A DNA stretch of 62,935 nt, the filler included, from Craspedostauros australis (Eukaryota): NCBI GenBank assembly GCA_030167865.1. It is 9 parts of 9 records of this genome, joined end to end, with 100 filler letters (N's around TTAATTAATTAA, not from the genome) between each part and the next. Parts side by side here need not be neighbours in the genome. Positions count along the whole stretch, not along the records: positions 1 to 7,377 come from JALAGF010005619.1; positions 7,478 to 9,840 come from JALAGF010005620.1; positions 9,941 to 29,069 come from JALAGF010005621.1; 6 more parts are not named here. One strand, written 5' to 3'. How positions within the stretch are numbered: the first letter of the stretch is position 1; the number at the start of each line of letters is the position of its first letter. The notes below the pieces were generated by a model. It was not told where the DNA came from. It worked only from the letters and a program-made list of their open reading frames with translations, and did not search any database. Made by a program: the position numbers and the translations under genes. Shown piece by piece: positions 1-13,310 of the stretch.

Positions 1-1108
1 TCCAGCTCTCCTCCTCCGGATCATGCCCAAACTTCCCGCCCCTCCCGCCCCTGCCGGCGCGTGTCTGTTCCTCCTTTTCGTCAACATACGTGCTGTCGCT
101 CTCATTTGAGGGATCTGCGTACCCCCCAGCAGCTACCGTGTTGCAGCGCCAGAGAAGCCTCCCTGGTGGGGTCGGCTTGACCGGTGGTGCAACATCAGAC
201 GCAACAAGAGGCTCAACGGGGGTTGGCGCGTTCACGATAACGCTCACCAACGTACCATCGCCGACACCTCGTCCCTCCGAACGCACCCTGACATGGGAGT
301 CGTCGTAGACGCCTCCGTTGTTGTCGAGGATGTGTACGAACACGTGCAGCTCACGAGCGTGTGCATGCGTGCCGTTCGGGACAAGGTTGCCATCCGCTGC
401 ATGCATCGGCTTCACATCGATCACTCGCGTGATGGTGCTCGGCTTCCTCAACGCAGCGGATGGCTTGTCAGGCAACAGTTGTTCAGCAGTAGGTAGCAAG
501 TCACCCTTCGAATCGACAGGAGGAGCAGACACAGGGTGAGCGCGANNNNNNNNNNNNNNNNNNNNNNNNNNNNNNNNNNNNNNNNNNNNNNNNNNCTCTC
601 ATTTGAGGGATCTGCGTACCCCCCAGCAGCTACCGTGTTGCAGCGCCGGAGAAGCCTCCCTGGTGGGGTCGGCTTGACCAGTGGTGCAACATCAGCCGCA
701 ACAAGAGGCTCAACCGGAGTTGGCGCGTTCACGATCACGCTCACCAACGTACCATCGCCGACACCTCGTCCCTCCGAACGCACCCTGACATGGGAGTCGT
801 CGTAGACGCCTCCGTTGTTGTCGANGATGTGTACGAACACGTGCAGCTCACGAGCGTGCGCATGCATGCCGTTCGGGACGAGGTTGCCATCCGCTGCATG
901 CATCGGCTTCACATCGATCACTCGCGTGATGGTGCTCGGCTTCCTCAACGCAGCGGACGGCTTGTCAGGCAACAGTTGTTCAGCAGTAGGTAGCAAGTCA
1001 CCCTTCGAATCGACAGGAGGAGCAGACACAGGGTGAGCGCGAGGTTTCTTACTGGGGGAGGGGTTGCCATCCTTGGAGAGGGCCTTGGCAGTGGTAGAGA
1101 AAGGCATG
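1..1108 (-). CDS. Unknown protein fragment (MPFSTTAKAL...), probably belonging to a repeated element; partly duplicated across N gaps and running off the window edge
   Basis: Minus-strand ORF MPFSTTAKALSKDGNPSP...DPSNESDSTYVDEKEEQTRAGRGGRGGKFG; 99-545 is nearly identical to 596-1042; no recognisable domain. Confidence 0.3.
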
Positions 1109-1393
1109 ATGCAGTTGTTGCTGTAGAGTAGTGTTGCTTGCAAGATGGATGTGATGAACTGCACAGGTGGAGGANNNNNNNNNNNNNNNNNNNNNNNNNN
1201 NNNNNNNNNNNNNNNNNNNNNNNNTGGGGGAGGGGTTGCCATCCTTGGAGAGGGCCTTGGCGGTGGTAGAGAAAGGCATGATGCAGTTGTTGCTGTAGAG
1301 TAGTGTTGCTTGCAAGATGGATGTGATGAACTGCACAGGTGGAGGACGAAGTGACGAAAGGAGAGCATGCGATGATGGGTGGACCATTCGTTG

Positions 1394-2691
<1,298 letters not shown>

Positions 2692-2694
2692 ATA

Positions 2695-3275
2695 GAGAGG
2701 TCTCGCATTGTTTCGATTTCCATCGAGAGGCCCCCTGCGGCCATGTCACATGCGACATGGTGTCAACAAGAGTTCTCAAGAATTTCTGGTTCTTGGAAGG
2801 ACTGAAAACAGTCCATCTAGTCGCTCGTCAGATTCCACTTTGATTAGAATCTAGACATTATAATCCTGGCAGTCTTTGGCAGACGATCAATGGATATTGA
2901 AGGAGATTTTGACAATTTTATATTGTAATGGTTGATGTTATACTCTAATTGGATGATAGTGTGGATTTGGTTATCAAATCTGTTGTGAGCTACGATAATA
3001 CTTGTACTAGCATGGTTTCGAAGCAAGAACTCTACTAGAGAGAAATTCGATTGTAGACATCGATGTAAGTTCTCTGATTGGATAACTGTTTATCTCCGCG
3101 TGGAAGTGATACTTTTGCCGGGACTCTCTCGATGGAAGTGACTTCCATTTCTGCTGCACAAATGGAAATCACTTCCATCGAGCGAGGGGGTGATTTTCTC
3201 GCCACCCCCAGAAAAATGTCTCTATCAGGTTATGACTCCCTCACGGGACTCTCTCGATGAAATGCGAGACCTCTC
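2695..3275. mobile_element. MITE-like element with 15-bp TIRs (GAGAGGTCTCGCATT) flanked by TA
   Basis: tagagaggtctcgcatt (2693-2709) is the exact reverse complement of aatgcgagacctctcta (3261-3277); match resumes at CATCGAGAG after an indel; AT-rich non-coding interior. Confidence 0.7.
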
Positions 3276-3549
3276 TAATCGTATCATGCTTCGGTGCGCT
3301 GCTCTCTCTTCCACGTTGTTGTCAAGACGGAGGTTCGCAAGTTGGCTCCCTCTTCGTTCTCATGTCCACGCTGTTCCTCTCCCAGCAAAAGAACAATGGC
3401 CAGAAGGGAAGCGATTGGTCATGTCTCGCCATAAAATGACCAAACAAGACAGGGTCACGCGAATGCACCCAGAAGCGAGACTGGGCAAAGTGATCAAGGG
3501 CAGACAGAGCACTCGTTGAGTCGAGCAGAGCAGAGCACAAGTTGGAGCC

Positions 3550-6500
3550 ATGAAGCCAAGCAGATCATCTCGGACCATTGCGGTTGATGTGCTCACGTCA
3601 GGGCGTGAGTTCTACGATGATGGATACACGGAACAGGAACAAAACGAAGTTCATCTGCCATCCACCTATCAGCCGGCTTCAGTTCGCCTGCACAGCAGTG
3701 TTTCCAAGGTTGACGGCAACGGCAATAGCCGGAACGATGAGAATGGTGTTGCCCACACCAGCCATGATGGCGGCTTCGTCAGCCACATGACCAAACCGAC
3801 CTCCAATGCAACTCTATCGGCGCCGACCGCCGCAGACACAGACGCAGGAGCTTCATCCGAGATGGTCCATCAGCCATTCTTCGGAAGGACGGCAGAAATC
3901 AACAAGCTCAAATCCATCCAACGCAGAATCATGAAGGACAGCAGCGATTCAAGCCATTCATCGACCGCATACCCAGCCGTGCTGGTGTGGGGAACAAGCG
4001 GAACGGGAAAATCCTGCATGATCGAGCAGTTCATCGATGAAACCTGCTGCACTTGCAAGGCAGCAACGACGAATACGCCATCGCGGGCATCAGCGGACGC
4101 AGACAATGGGACCAACCACTGTTCGTGTTGCTACGTCTTGCGCGGAAAGTACGATGAAGGAACAGGTGGAAGCGAGCCATTCTCTGGCATCATCCAGGCT
4201 CTCGATGATTTGGCCATGCAACTCCGTCACGGTCCGCAGGAGGAGCTTGACCGAGTGCGATCTTTGATTCGGAATGCGTTCAGTAACAACAGAAAAAGGG
4301 CGAACAAAGCCAACAATGCTGCAGGTCTCACCCACAATACTCATAATGACGATGAGCAAGCGAAGAAGCCAGGCACGGACTCTGGACTGGAGCTCTCTGG
4401 TCTCACGACGTTGGTGCCGTCGCTCTCCATTCTCTTGAGTACTGGTGGTGCCGTGACTAGCCCATCCATCGTATCTCAATCAACCAAGTCTCTTGCATCA
4501 GGGGGTAACACCAACCCACATGACGACCAGGCATCTTTGGCGCATGTGCCGATCTCCGCTTCTTCATCAGCTGGAAGCTCCCGAAACGCGTGGAACCGTC
4601 TCCAGTACGTCTTCATCCAGTTCATGAAGGCCATCTCCACGCCCACCAAGCCCATCTATCTCTTCCTCGACGATTTGCAGTGGTCATCACCTGTGGGATT
4701 GGAGCTGCTTGCAGCGCTCATCTCGGATTCCGACATGAACAGTTTCATGTTGCTTGGTGCCATCCGGCAGGACACGGATCCACACAACGATGAGATCGTC
4801 GAGCTGGAAGTGGACGCACCTTTGCGGACGTCATTCCTCGATCGTTTGGTGTCGTCCGATGATGATGATGACGCGGCCGCTGTTGATGTTGCTGGTGGTG
4901 GCATCGGCGCAAATGCCGCGGACACTCACCAAGGCGAAAAGAACTCAAGCGGAACAGGTCAACATGCCTCAGGCAAGGCAATGGAAGGACACCATCAGCC
5001 ACATCTCGAACAGATCACCATCGCCAACCTCTCCCTGGATGACACGACCCAGTGGCTCTCCGACATGTTCGACCGTTCGCAAGATGATGCTGACTTGCGC
5101 GTCCTCACGAAGAAGCTCCACAAGAAGACACGCGGCAACGTCCTCTTCACGCTCCAAGCCATCGAGGAGCTGAAGCGCAAGAACATCATCGTGTTCAGCC
5201 GCATCACGTTCATGTGGGAATGGAATCTTCCAAGGAAGAACAAGCGCCAGAACGCAAACGTATCGATCGGCTTCGAGAACAACAGTGCTCCTCATGGTGG
5301 CCTTGGTGGCACCGGCCACGATGGTGGGAGCGATGCTCGGAATGATGACGACGAGGATGACGATGATGATCTTCCCATCAGCGACAACATTGTCGCTATC
5401 ATCGAGACTCAGCTCAGACAGCTACCAGATGATGTTCAGCACGTGCTGTCGATCGCATCGTACATTCGAGCTCGCTTCGACCTCTTCACCCTCCACAAGG
5501 TGCTGGAACACGAGCAAGCACATGCTGTCAACATCAGCGACGCCAGCGACGCCAGCGACACCAGCAACACCAGCAACACCCACGCTGGTGGCCCCAACAG
5601 CAGAAAACAGGCCACCGATCAACCTGCACAGACGGGTTTATGGACACAATCCAGGGTCGCATCTGTCCTGCAACAAGCCGTCACTGAACGACTCGTTATC
5701 AAGTCAATCACCGCCAAGGACAGATACCAGTTCGTCCACGATCGAATCCAGCAAGCCGCATCCGGACTCGTTCCGTACGGCGAGATCAGGGACAAGCTGA
5801 GGGTGAGGATCGGCCATTGTCTGCTGGACATGTGCACAGCATCACAACCAAGCTCCCCCGTTGAACTTCCAGCCAGGCATCAGGATGGCCGACAGGATGA
5901 TCAACACGACATCCGCCACGAGCGTGCCAAGCACAGTGCCAAGGATGATGGAATCGACAACGTCGAACCATTGCAGATGGAAGACTCGCAAGAAAAGTCT
6001 CCGCATGACCATCCACATCCATCCCAACAGGACGACGCACTCCTCTTCGTCGCAGCGGACCATCTCAATAGCGTCCAAACGAAGGATCACATGTTCTCCG
6101 TCACCATGAACCTCCGAGTTGGCAAGAAGGCACTGCAGATGGCCGCCCTCGCGGCCGCCGCTGGATATCTGCACAAGGCGTCCAACGCTCTCAAGCGAGT
6201 ACGAAAGCCGTGGGAAGACCACTACGACCTATCACTCCAACTATGCCAAGCCAGAGCTGAGGTCGAGCTGTCTCTCGGCCACTTCGAGCTTGGATACAGG
6301 CTCTGCAACGAAGTGGTTGACAAGGCCAAGACGCTGGACCAGAAGCTCCAGACGTACTTCTTGATGGCGCATGCATTGGGGCGAGAGAACAAGCACGTGG
6401 AGTCGCTGTCATTGAGTCTGAGTGTGGCTCACATGCTCAATGTCCTTCCCCGTCGCTGTTACCTAATGCACATCACGAGGGACATACTGAAGATCAGGTC

Positions 6501-7377
6501 GTACTTGAAGAATCACACAGATGACGAGATCTTGGAGTTGCCGTTGTTAGATGACCAGCGGATGGGTATTGCCATGCGAATATGTAGCGAAATCGTGTAT
6601 CGAGGCATGATTGTGAATGATACCATGCTGTTTCTACTCCAGGGATGCAAACTGATCAAAATGACCATGAAGTACGGAATTTGTGTGGGATCGGCCATTG
6701 GCTTCATGACGATGGGCATGATATTCGACAGGCTCATGAACGATTACGCTTCTGCGTTACGTTGTGCCAACATCGCACTGAGGATGATGAAGCTGACGGG
6801 TTGGGACTACTTTGCTGGACTGGTTGACATCGGCACCAATGAGTACATCTACCGATTCAGCCTGCCGGATGAAGAGATTGATCGCCTCAATCGCAGCGCA
6901 TATCACCGTTCAATGAAAGCAGGCGATTTCGAAGTTGGACTTCTGATGCTGAAGTTTCGCTACGTCGCCCACTACTTGCAGGACTACACTTTGCAGGAGA
7001 TGGGCGAAAGCATCGAGCATGCCTTACAACAATCACAAATCTACCGAGTGACCTCCATGGATGAGACTTCAATTACACTCCTGCGACTTTCGAAGACTTT
7101 GAGATGCGCGGAGAAGACTGATTGGGCGCGCATCGAAGTTCAGTCGCAAAGAGATCTCAGGAGGGATCCGCCAGATCTCTCGCGACTGTACGACATCAAA
7201 TGGGAGTTCTTCACCTCTTCCGCCTTGGCCTACTACGATGGGAGGCATGAGCTTTCCTACCGGTTGATGCGGCTTTTCCGGCATGTGGCAGACAAGAACG
7301 AACCATTCCAACTCATCAAGCATCGCCTGTTCCTGTCAGGTTTAACAGCGTCCGCCATGTACAAGCAGACCAAGCAA
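3550..7377 (+). CDS. Large P-loop NTPase of the AAA_16/COG3899 (STAND-like predicted ATPase) type with helical C-terminal region; 3' end truncated by the scaffold end
   Basis: Intronless ORF of >1270 aa; Walker A GTSGTGKS, GKYD motif, Walker B LFLDDLQW, TRGNVLF (GNPFF-like), YQFVHDRIQQAA, AADHLN. Confidence 0.85.
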
Positions 7378-7421
7378 NNNNNNNNNNNNNNNNNNNNNNN
7401 NNNNNNNNNNNNNNNNNNNNN

Positions 7422-7433
7422 TTAATTAATTAA
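7422..7433. other. Artificial scaffold spacer TTAATTAATTAA within N runs (also at 9885, 29114, 31975, 34036, 38135, 57850, 61490)
   Basis: Identical 12-mer giving stops in all six frames, centred in N44...N44 eight times. Confidence 0.97.
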
Positions 7434-7523
7434 NNNNNNNNNNNNNNNNNNNNNNNNNNNNNNNNNNNNNNNNNNNNTCGTAGTGTGGTTTGTTCCGCCG
7501 CCCAAGATGGCGGCGATCGGGCT

Positions 7524-9758
7524 TCATTCGGACTGTTCGTCGTTGTCGTAGTAGCCGCGGCCTTGGCGGCGGTTGGTGAGCATGGCTTTCAATGCCTTGT
7601 TCAACGAGGAGGTGATGCTGACCTGCTGAACTTGGTTGATATGGTCGAGCCCTCCGCAGAAAAGGATATCGGCGAGGGTTTGGATGACCATNNNNNNNNN
7701 NNNNNNNNNNNNNNNNNNNNNNNNNNNNNNNNNNNNNNNNNNNNNNNNNNNNNNNNNNNNNNNNNNNNNNNNNNNNNNNNNNNNNNNNNNNNNNNNNATG
7801 ATGTACCCAGATCGAAGACGTCGGGGCGACGGGTATGCGATCGCTGGTCGGGGTTCCGTTCGGGCCCTCTTGTTAGCGTTGCTGGTCTCCAGAGTGTTGG
7901 GTGTCGATGGCAGGGGATGGTTCAAGACGGGGAAACTGTGGGTGTTGGCATTCGCATCCTCATTGTGGATCACAGGTGCCGGGTACGCGGTTGCTATCGG
8001 CACATCATCATCGGTTGGCCCCTCCGGTGGCGTAGGGACCTCTGGTTGCTCATCCCGGGTTGTGGGAGGTATCGGTTCTGCTGCATCGGAAGGATTCTCC
8101 GCGGTCGTGATGGGGGCTCCTTTCGCGTTGATGGTCCCACTCGTGGTTTTCTTGGCGGACCTGACCTGTTTGATCGTCTTGATTCTTGACATTCCCGAGG
8201 AAACGGTTGAATCCTCAGATTCATCGAAGAGCCCCTTTCTCTTGGGGCGGTTGCTTTGCTTGCTGCTGGCTCCAGAGCTGGGTCGTCGCGACGCTTGGTT
8301 CCGTTTGATCGGCTTGCCTTCTGGTCGGTAGATGGACCCAGAATCGTCACTGTCGCCGGGTTCTGGGGCGGACGCGCTATCCACGGAATGGTCGGTTGGG
8401 ATCACGGGCTTTGGTCGCACCTTGTTGGTATACCCTTGTCCATCTCGCGTGGCGGTCAAGATTTTGGACGCCGGTGATGGTCGTGAGGATCGCCTGACGG
8501 GAGGTCTGGGATGGCTGATCACCGCTCCACTTGCGATCTCTGCTTCCACGTCAATCACACTTCCTGGGTCCTGCGATTCTTGGTCTTCATCGNGGTACAC
8601 CTCTGATTCAGACTCCTGGCGGCTGGCTTCTTCTGCGGTCATCTTTTCGTCGAAGAATCCGTCAGGGATCTCATCCAGGAATCTGCTCTCTGGTGTCTCT
8701 CCCACTTCGAGACTGGGACGGGAGTCTTCGAGGGATGGTATCCCATTGACCATCTCATCCTCATCGNNNNNNNNNNNNNNNNNNNNNNNNNNNNNNNNNN
8801 NNNNNNNNNNNNNNNNNNNNNNNNNNNNNNNNNNNNNNNNNNNNNNNNNNNNCCTCACCTTGAAGAAGTGGCATATGGATGGCTTCCGCATGGTTGCGCG
8901 GAACTCGTCGGGTGGTTCGCCCCATGCGCCGTCCTGGGCGGAGTAGAAGCACTGGCCATCGGCAATGGCGATGCTGAGGACCTCGGTGGTTTGGAGGTCG
9001 TTATCCAGGTATTCGGAGAGGGTGAGGGGGTAGATGGATTGTTTCTCTACGTGGGTGATTTCGCCGGGTGGTGTGTTCTCGTTTCCCTTCGTGCAGAAGA
9101 TTCGGACTCTGCGGCCACTGTATCCGACGACGATTCCTTGGAAGGGTCCCTTCTTTCCTGCGGGATATAGTACCCTGGATCCGGGGACGGGGCATTGAAT
9201 GCCATTGTAGAACGGGGTGTACTTTGGAAATGTCATCTTGCGTGTCCTCGTCTGGAATGGGGAGAGGTTGTGTCCGGGGCCCTGGTTGTGGCGGTTCCGT
9301 TTTTGTGGTGAGAGCATGTTCATGTCGCGAAATGCGATAGAGGGTGCGGTCGCGTTTCGTGCCAGGTCTTCTTGGAGGTCAGCAATCAACATGTCACACC
9401 TGTACGTTTCGTGCTCAGGTGTGACGAAAGCCCGAGGTGTCAGGCCCGTGTGGAAGGAAGTTTCACAGTTATTTTCTTCGATGGCTGGCATGGTGGCTCC
9501 AGGTGGCGGTTTCCGGAACTTGGTCGCTGTGGCGACGTGTGATTGGTTCCTTGGCATGATGGGNCCTGTCTCCAGCATGTCTCTTGGGTAGTAGAGGACG
9601 TCGCTTCCACATGAGGGGTTGATACTCGAGAGTGTACTGAATTCGTCGGTGAGGGCTGATGGTGGTGTGTCGCCACGCCGGATCAAGAGTTTGTCGGTTG
9701 GTGCGCCGGCTGGCTCGTGGTTTTGATTCGTGGTACGGTTGTCGGTCATGTCGTACAC
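7524..9758 (-). CDS. Hypothetical, largely disordered protein (gapped), possibly TE-associated
   Basis: Long ORF segments across two N gaps (frame continuity unverifiable); one small beta-rich segment (RVLYPAGKKGPFQGIVVGYSGRRVRIFC); single-N ambiguous sites. Confidence 0.4.
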   Translation of the reverse strand: MYDMTDNRTTNQNHEPAGAPTDKLLIRRGDTPPSALTDEFSTLSSINPSCGSDVLYYPRDMLETXPIMPRNQSHVATATKFRKPPPGATMPAIEENNCETSFHTGLTPRAFVTPEHETYRCDMLIADLQEDLARNATAPSIAFRDMNMLSPQKRNRHNQGPGHNLSPFQTRTRKMTFPKYTPFYNGIQCPVPGSRVLYPAGKKGPFQGIVVGYSGRRVRIFCTKGNENTPPGEITHVEKQSIYPLTLSEYLDNDLQTTEVLSIAIADGQCFYSAQDGAWGEPPDEFRATMRKPSICHFFKVRXXXXXXXXXXXXXXXXXXXXXXXXXXXXXDEDEMVNGIPSLEDSRPSLEVGETPESRFLDEIPDGFFDEKMTAEEASRQESESEVYXDEDQESQDPGSVIDVEAEIASGAVISHPRPPVRRSSRPSPASKILTATRDGQGYTNKVRPKPVIPTDHSVDSASAPEPGDSDDSGSIYRPEGKPIKRNQASRRPSSGASSKQSNRPKRKGLFDESEDSTVSSGMSRIKTIKQVRSAKKTTSGTINAKGAPITTAENPSDAAEPIPPTTRDEQPEVPTPPEGPTDDDVPIATAYPAPVIHNEDANANTHSFPVLNHPLPSTPNTLETSNANKRARTEPRPAIAYPSPRRLRSGYIXXXXXXXXXXXXXXXXXXXXXXXXXXXXXXXXXXXXMVIQTLADILFCGGLDHINQVQQVSITSSLNKALKAMLTNRRQGRGYYDNDEQSE

Positions 9759-12700
9759 GACATTGGAATTTCGCGTCTGTTGGCGGTTGGGCGAGGCCGG
9801 TGTGCTCTTGGTGCGCTTGATGGTTCTGGGTGATTTCCTTNNNNNNNNNNNNNNNNNNNNNNNNNNNNNNNNNNNNNNNNNNNNTTAATTAATTAANNNN
9901 NNNNNNNNNNNNNNNNNNNNNNNNNNNNNNNNNNNNNNNNCATGCACTTGTATTCTTGCAGACAGATGCCTTCACATATGTAGTCTCTTTTGGAGGTAGA
10001 GTGCCTGTCCATTTGTTGCTCAATCGTGTGTACTGGTGGTAGTACAGACAATTCGGTCACCGGTCAATGGGGACATGAAGGGAAAATACCAATTTTCAGC
10101 AATTTTTCAGTGACATCATGGTATATTGCAACTCAACCGTAACGACAAGAAGTCCGGCAGAACGGGAACGATCTGCAGCAACACAGGTTTCGACAATGGT
10201 CAACAGAAGCCGCCAAGATGGCCATTTCCGTCGACCACGTTCTCGTTCTTCCAAACCCTTCCCCCAAAACATCATTGTTGACGTCACCGCACTAACAGAT
10301 CCGTTCTGCAATCTTTGTACGCCAAAGGAAGGCGAAGTTCATCCACGGAAGCAGTCACAGCAAGACATCGATCACGGTAGTGGATCCATGTCAGACACGA
10401 AGGGGAGTGGCGATCGGGTCATGGTCCATGCGGCCCATGGTCTGCATGGCTCATGATAGCGTGGGCAAGGGAGAAGGAGCTCTGCAGCGTGTCATCAGTA
10501 CCGTGATTCAGCATGGTGCCATGGTCGCACCGTCTCAAAGGCGTCCGTATGTGTTCCCACAAAGGAGCCACTCCGGCATCGGGGCAGAAGAGTGGGGATA
10601 GCCTCAGCTTCTTACGACGACAACGCTTTGTGGAGGCTAAACTCCGAGCGGTGCATCAACACCGCCTCCGTGTTGGTCAATGCTCTCCTCTATTCTGCAT
10701 ACTCTACTCTCCATAGCAGTCAAATAGCACTTTGATTTTGCCGCCATGCAGAAAGAGACAATTCTCTCTTGGGGGCAAATGAATAGTATAGTTTTCTCAA
10801 GGTTGTATTCTTGTGGTAGAGCATGCGTGTGTGGGTGCTGTCCATCCAAGTCCATGGAGAGGATGTGAATGCGTTTGCTGCCTGTGATGTTGTTGTCGCT
10901 GTTGCGATTATCGGGATTGCGGATCTGTGTTTGAGCCCAACTGCGACTACTTTCTTGGCCTGTTGCGGTTTTGGGTCTCTCTTCGTGGTGTCTGTGTCTC
11001 TGTGTCTCTGTGTGCAGTTGTCTTTGTCTTTGTCTGTGCTGGCCGGCCGTGCCTCCACATCCACCAACGAGCACGTCCACACCACTCATCTGCAATGGCC
11101 CCATGAGAATCGCAACTGTGTCTGAAGTCGTGCTTCGCCTGAATCGTGTCTTGGATTCTCAGGTGTTCCACAATCAAAACAGAGCACCCACCATGTGACA
11201 GCTCAATGTAGAAAATATAATAGTAGTGTATGAGTATTGGTGTAATAGCTAGAAGGAGAGAGTAGAGTAGAGTATGGTACGCTAGTTGATGGGACCGAGT
11301 AAGTATCGCATTGAACCCCACCAACGATTCTCCATGCTTCATGGGTTAGACTACTCTTTCTCACCCATCATGGTCGTTGAATGTCTCCTCCTCGTCCTCT
11401 ATCTATCCTTCCCTCTCTTGCTCTCTCGCGACTCTATCTTGGAACCGATCGGCATCTCTCGGAATTTTCGCAACGGTTCTGTTCCGCATTCTCCGATCCC
11501 TTGATGTCCTGCGCAAAGACTTGGGCAACGGGAGCATCGTTTGACGGTGCAGGCAAGCAAAAGGAAGGTTTGATCAGCTGCCCATGCGCAGTTTTGGAGA
11601 TGGACGCGAAAGACTCTCAAGCGATACTGTAGGGGAGGCTTTCCATAGCCAAATCTTTCGAACGCTGGATTCTTGTCTGTCTGGGGAGTCTCAATGACGC
11701 GGAAGCTGCTATACTCCGCATGCTTTGCCCTGCTTGTGAGAACAACAAGCACTGTCAACATCTCTGTCGTCGTTCAAAACAGGTGACTCGCCAAGAGACA
11801 GCGTCAATGGCCAAAAATTGTTCCCGTTGCGAAGTGGCTGCTCGAAAGATTTGCCTTGTCGTTGCGGTGGGACCCTTCGTGTTATTTGTCGTTCAAGGAA
11901 GGGTTGCCACGAAGATTTCTGAATGACCGTGGTTGCGCATAAATTTGGTGAATAGTTGCCGTTCAGGCGTCGACTGGCTCGTCAATCGTTTGAATGTGGC
12001 GGGTTTAAACAAGTTGAAACCATAGTGGGTGCATTTAAAATTCTCGCAAGTCACGCGTTTTGGGTCACAATCGGAGGCTCACACGACGTGGGGTTGTTTT
12101 TATATTTTGCGCATGCGGATTTGTGTGTGTATCATCTGTCATGTTCGGTCCTCTGCGTTTTGGTTGAAGAGAACGGAACGACGCAACCAAGAGAGACACA
12201 AACAGAAGAAGAAGAAGAGAAAGGAAGCGTGGCTGTGTGCATGACTGCTTCGCTTGCTAGCACGCGAAAGTATTTGAAGAGGAGGGAAACCATTTCGCTG
12301 CAGCCGGCCAACACGAGAGACAAGGCTACGAGCAAGCAAGTACGAGTATTGCCGCGGTCATCTCTCCCTTGTTGGGCACACACAGCCACGCCAATTCCCG
12401 CGGCTGCTCTCTTTCGACTTTCAACGCAGTTCGCGCAGAGCACAGTCGACCAAGAGAGAGCCACCAACAGCAAACAGCACGCTGCATTAACACAACCATA
12501 CTGTAAGTATTGCGCGAACAGAGAAACCTCCACAACAGCCGCAACAGTAGCAGTAGCAACGACACCACAAGCAGTAGGTAAGTTGCAGAGCAGAGTATCC
12601 CAAGAGATCACAACTTGAATTCGAGCTCCGACAACATCCACGCCCCTCCCGTTCATCACTCACCTGAGCACAACTTGTCCATCCGTGTTGCGCATAGATT

Positions 12701-12779
12701 GCAACTGCCTCACCCGCAAGCATTCGAAGCAAGCATCCAAGCTCTCCAACTGTCACCCCACCGCTCCACCGCTCCAACC

Positions 12780-13310
12780 ATGACACGAACAGCCTTGACG
12801 ACATGCGTGTCCATCCTTGCGATGTCGGCGCTTGCGGGCGCCACCAACCCAGCCATCCGCAAGCGCAACCTCTTCCAGGTGCAGGACAACCAGGTGCCAG
12901 AGGCCGCCACCGCCGACGTGGAGCACGAAGTGGCACAGGACGATCTTGCTGAGGACACATTCGGACTCGAGTCGCGGCAGCTGAAGGCCAAGGGCACCGC
13001 TGTCGTCACGCCAACCAAGGCTCCCAAGGCCACCAAGGCCTCCAAAACGTCGAAGGCCGCAAAGACCAGCAAGGCCGACAAGGAGATGAGAGCGCAGATG
13101 CAGACGCCGCAGGCGGAGGAAGAGCCGCAGTCGGTCACCGTCATGGACGCTGCGCCGGAAGAAGAGCCGGTGCCCATGGCCTCCCTGTTCGACGTGTCAC
13201 AGCTGGAGAAGGAGAAGGTGGAACTGATCGACGAGGAGGCCTACCTGATGTCGGAGTTGCTTGCCGCGAGCAGCGTCAGCATGAGCATGAGCATGTCCAT
13301 GTCCATGTAA
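12780..13310 (+). CDS. Secreted silaffin-like protein (176 aa) with RxL sites, KxxK cluster and C-terminal (Ser-Met)n tail
   Basis: Signal peptide MTRTALTTCVSILAMSALAG; RKRNL and SRQL motifs bracketing an acidic segment; TKAPKATKASKTSKAAKTSKADK; ends SVSMSMSMSMSM*. Confidence 0.75.
   Translation: MTRTALTTCVSILAMSALAGATNPAIRKRNLFQVQDNQVPEAATADVEHEVAQDDLAEDTFGLESRQLKAKGTAVVTPTKAPKATKASKTSKAAKTSKADKEMRAQMQTPQAEEEPQSVTVMDAAPEEEPVPMASLFDVSQLEKEKVELIDEEAYLMSELLAASSVSMSMSMSMSM

Noticed and set aside
9941..12700. Several 70-220-aa ORFs (likewise 13400-15900 and 48400-50500)
   Set aside because: No domain motifs or coding-like composition; treated as intergenic/UTR
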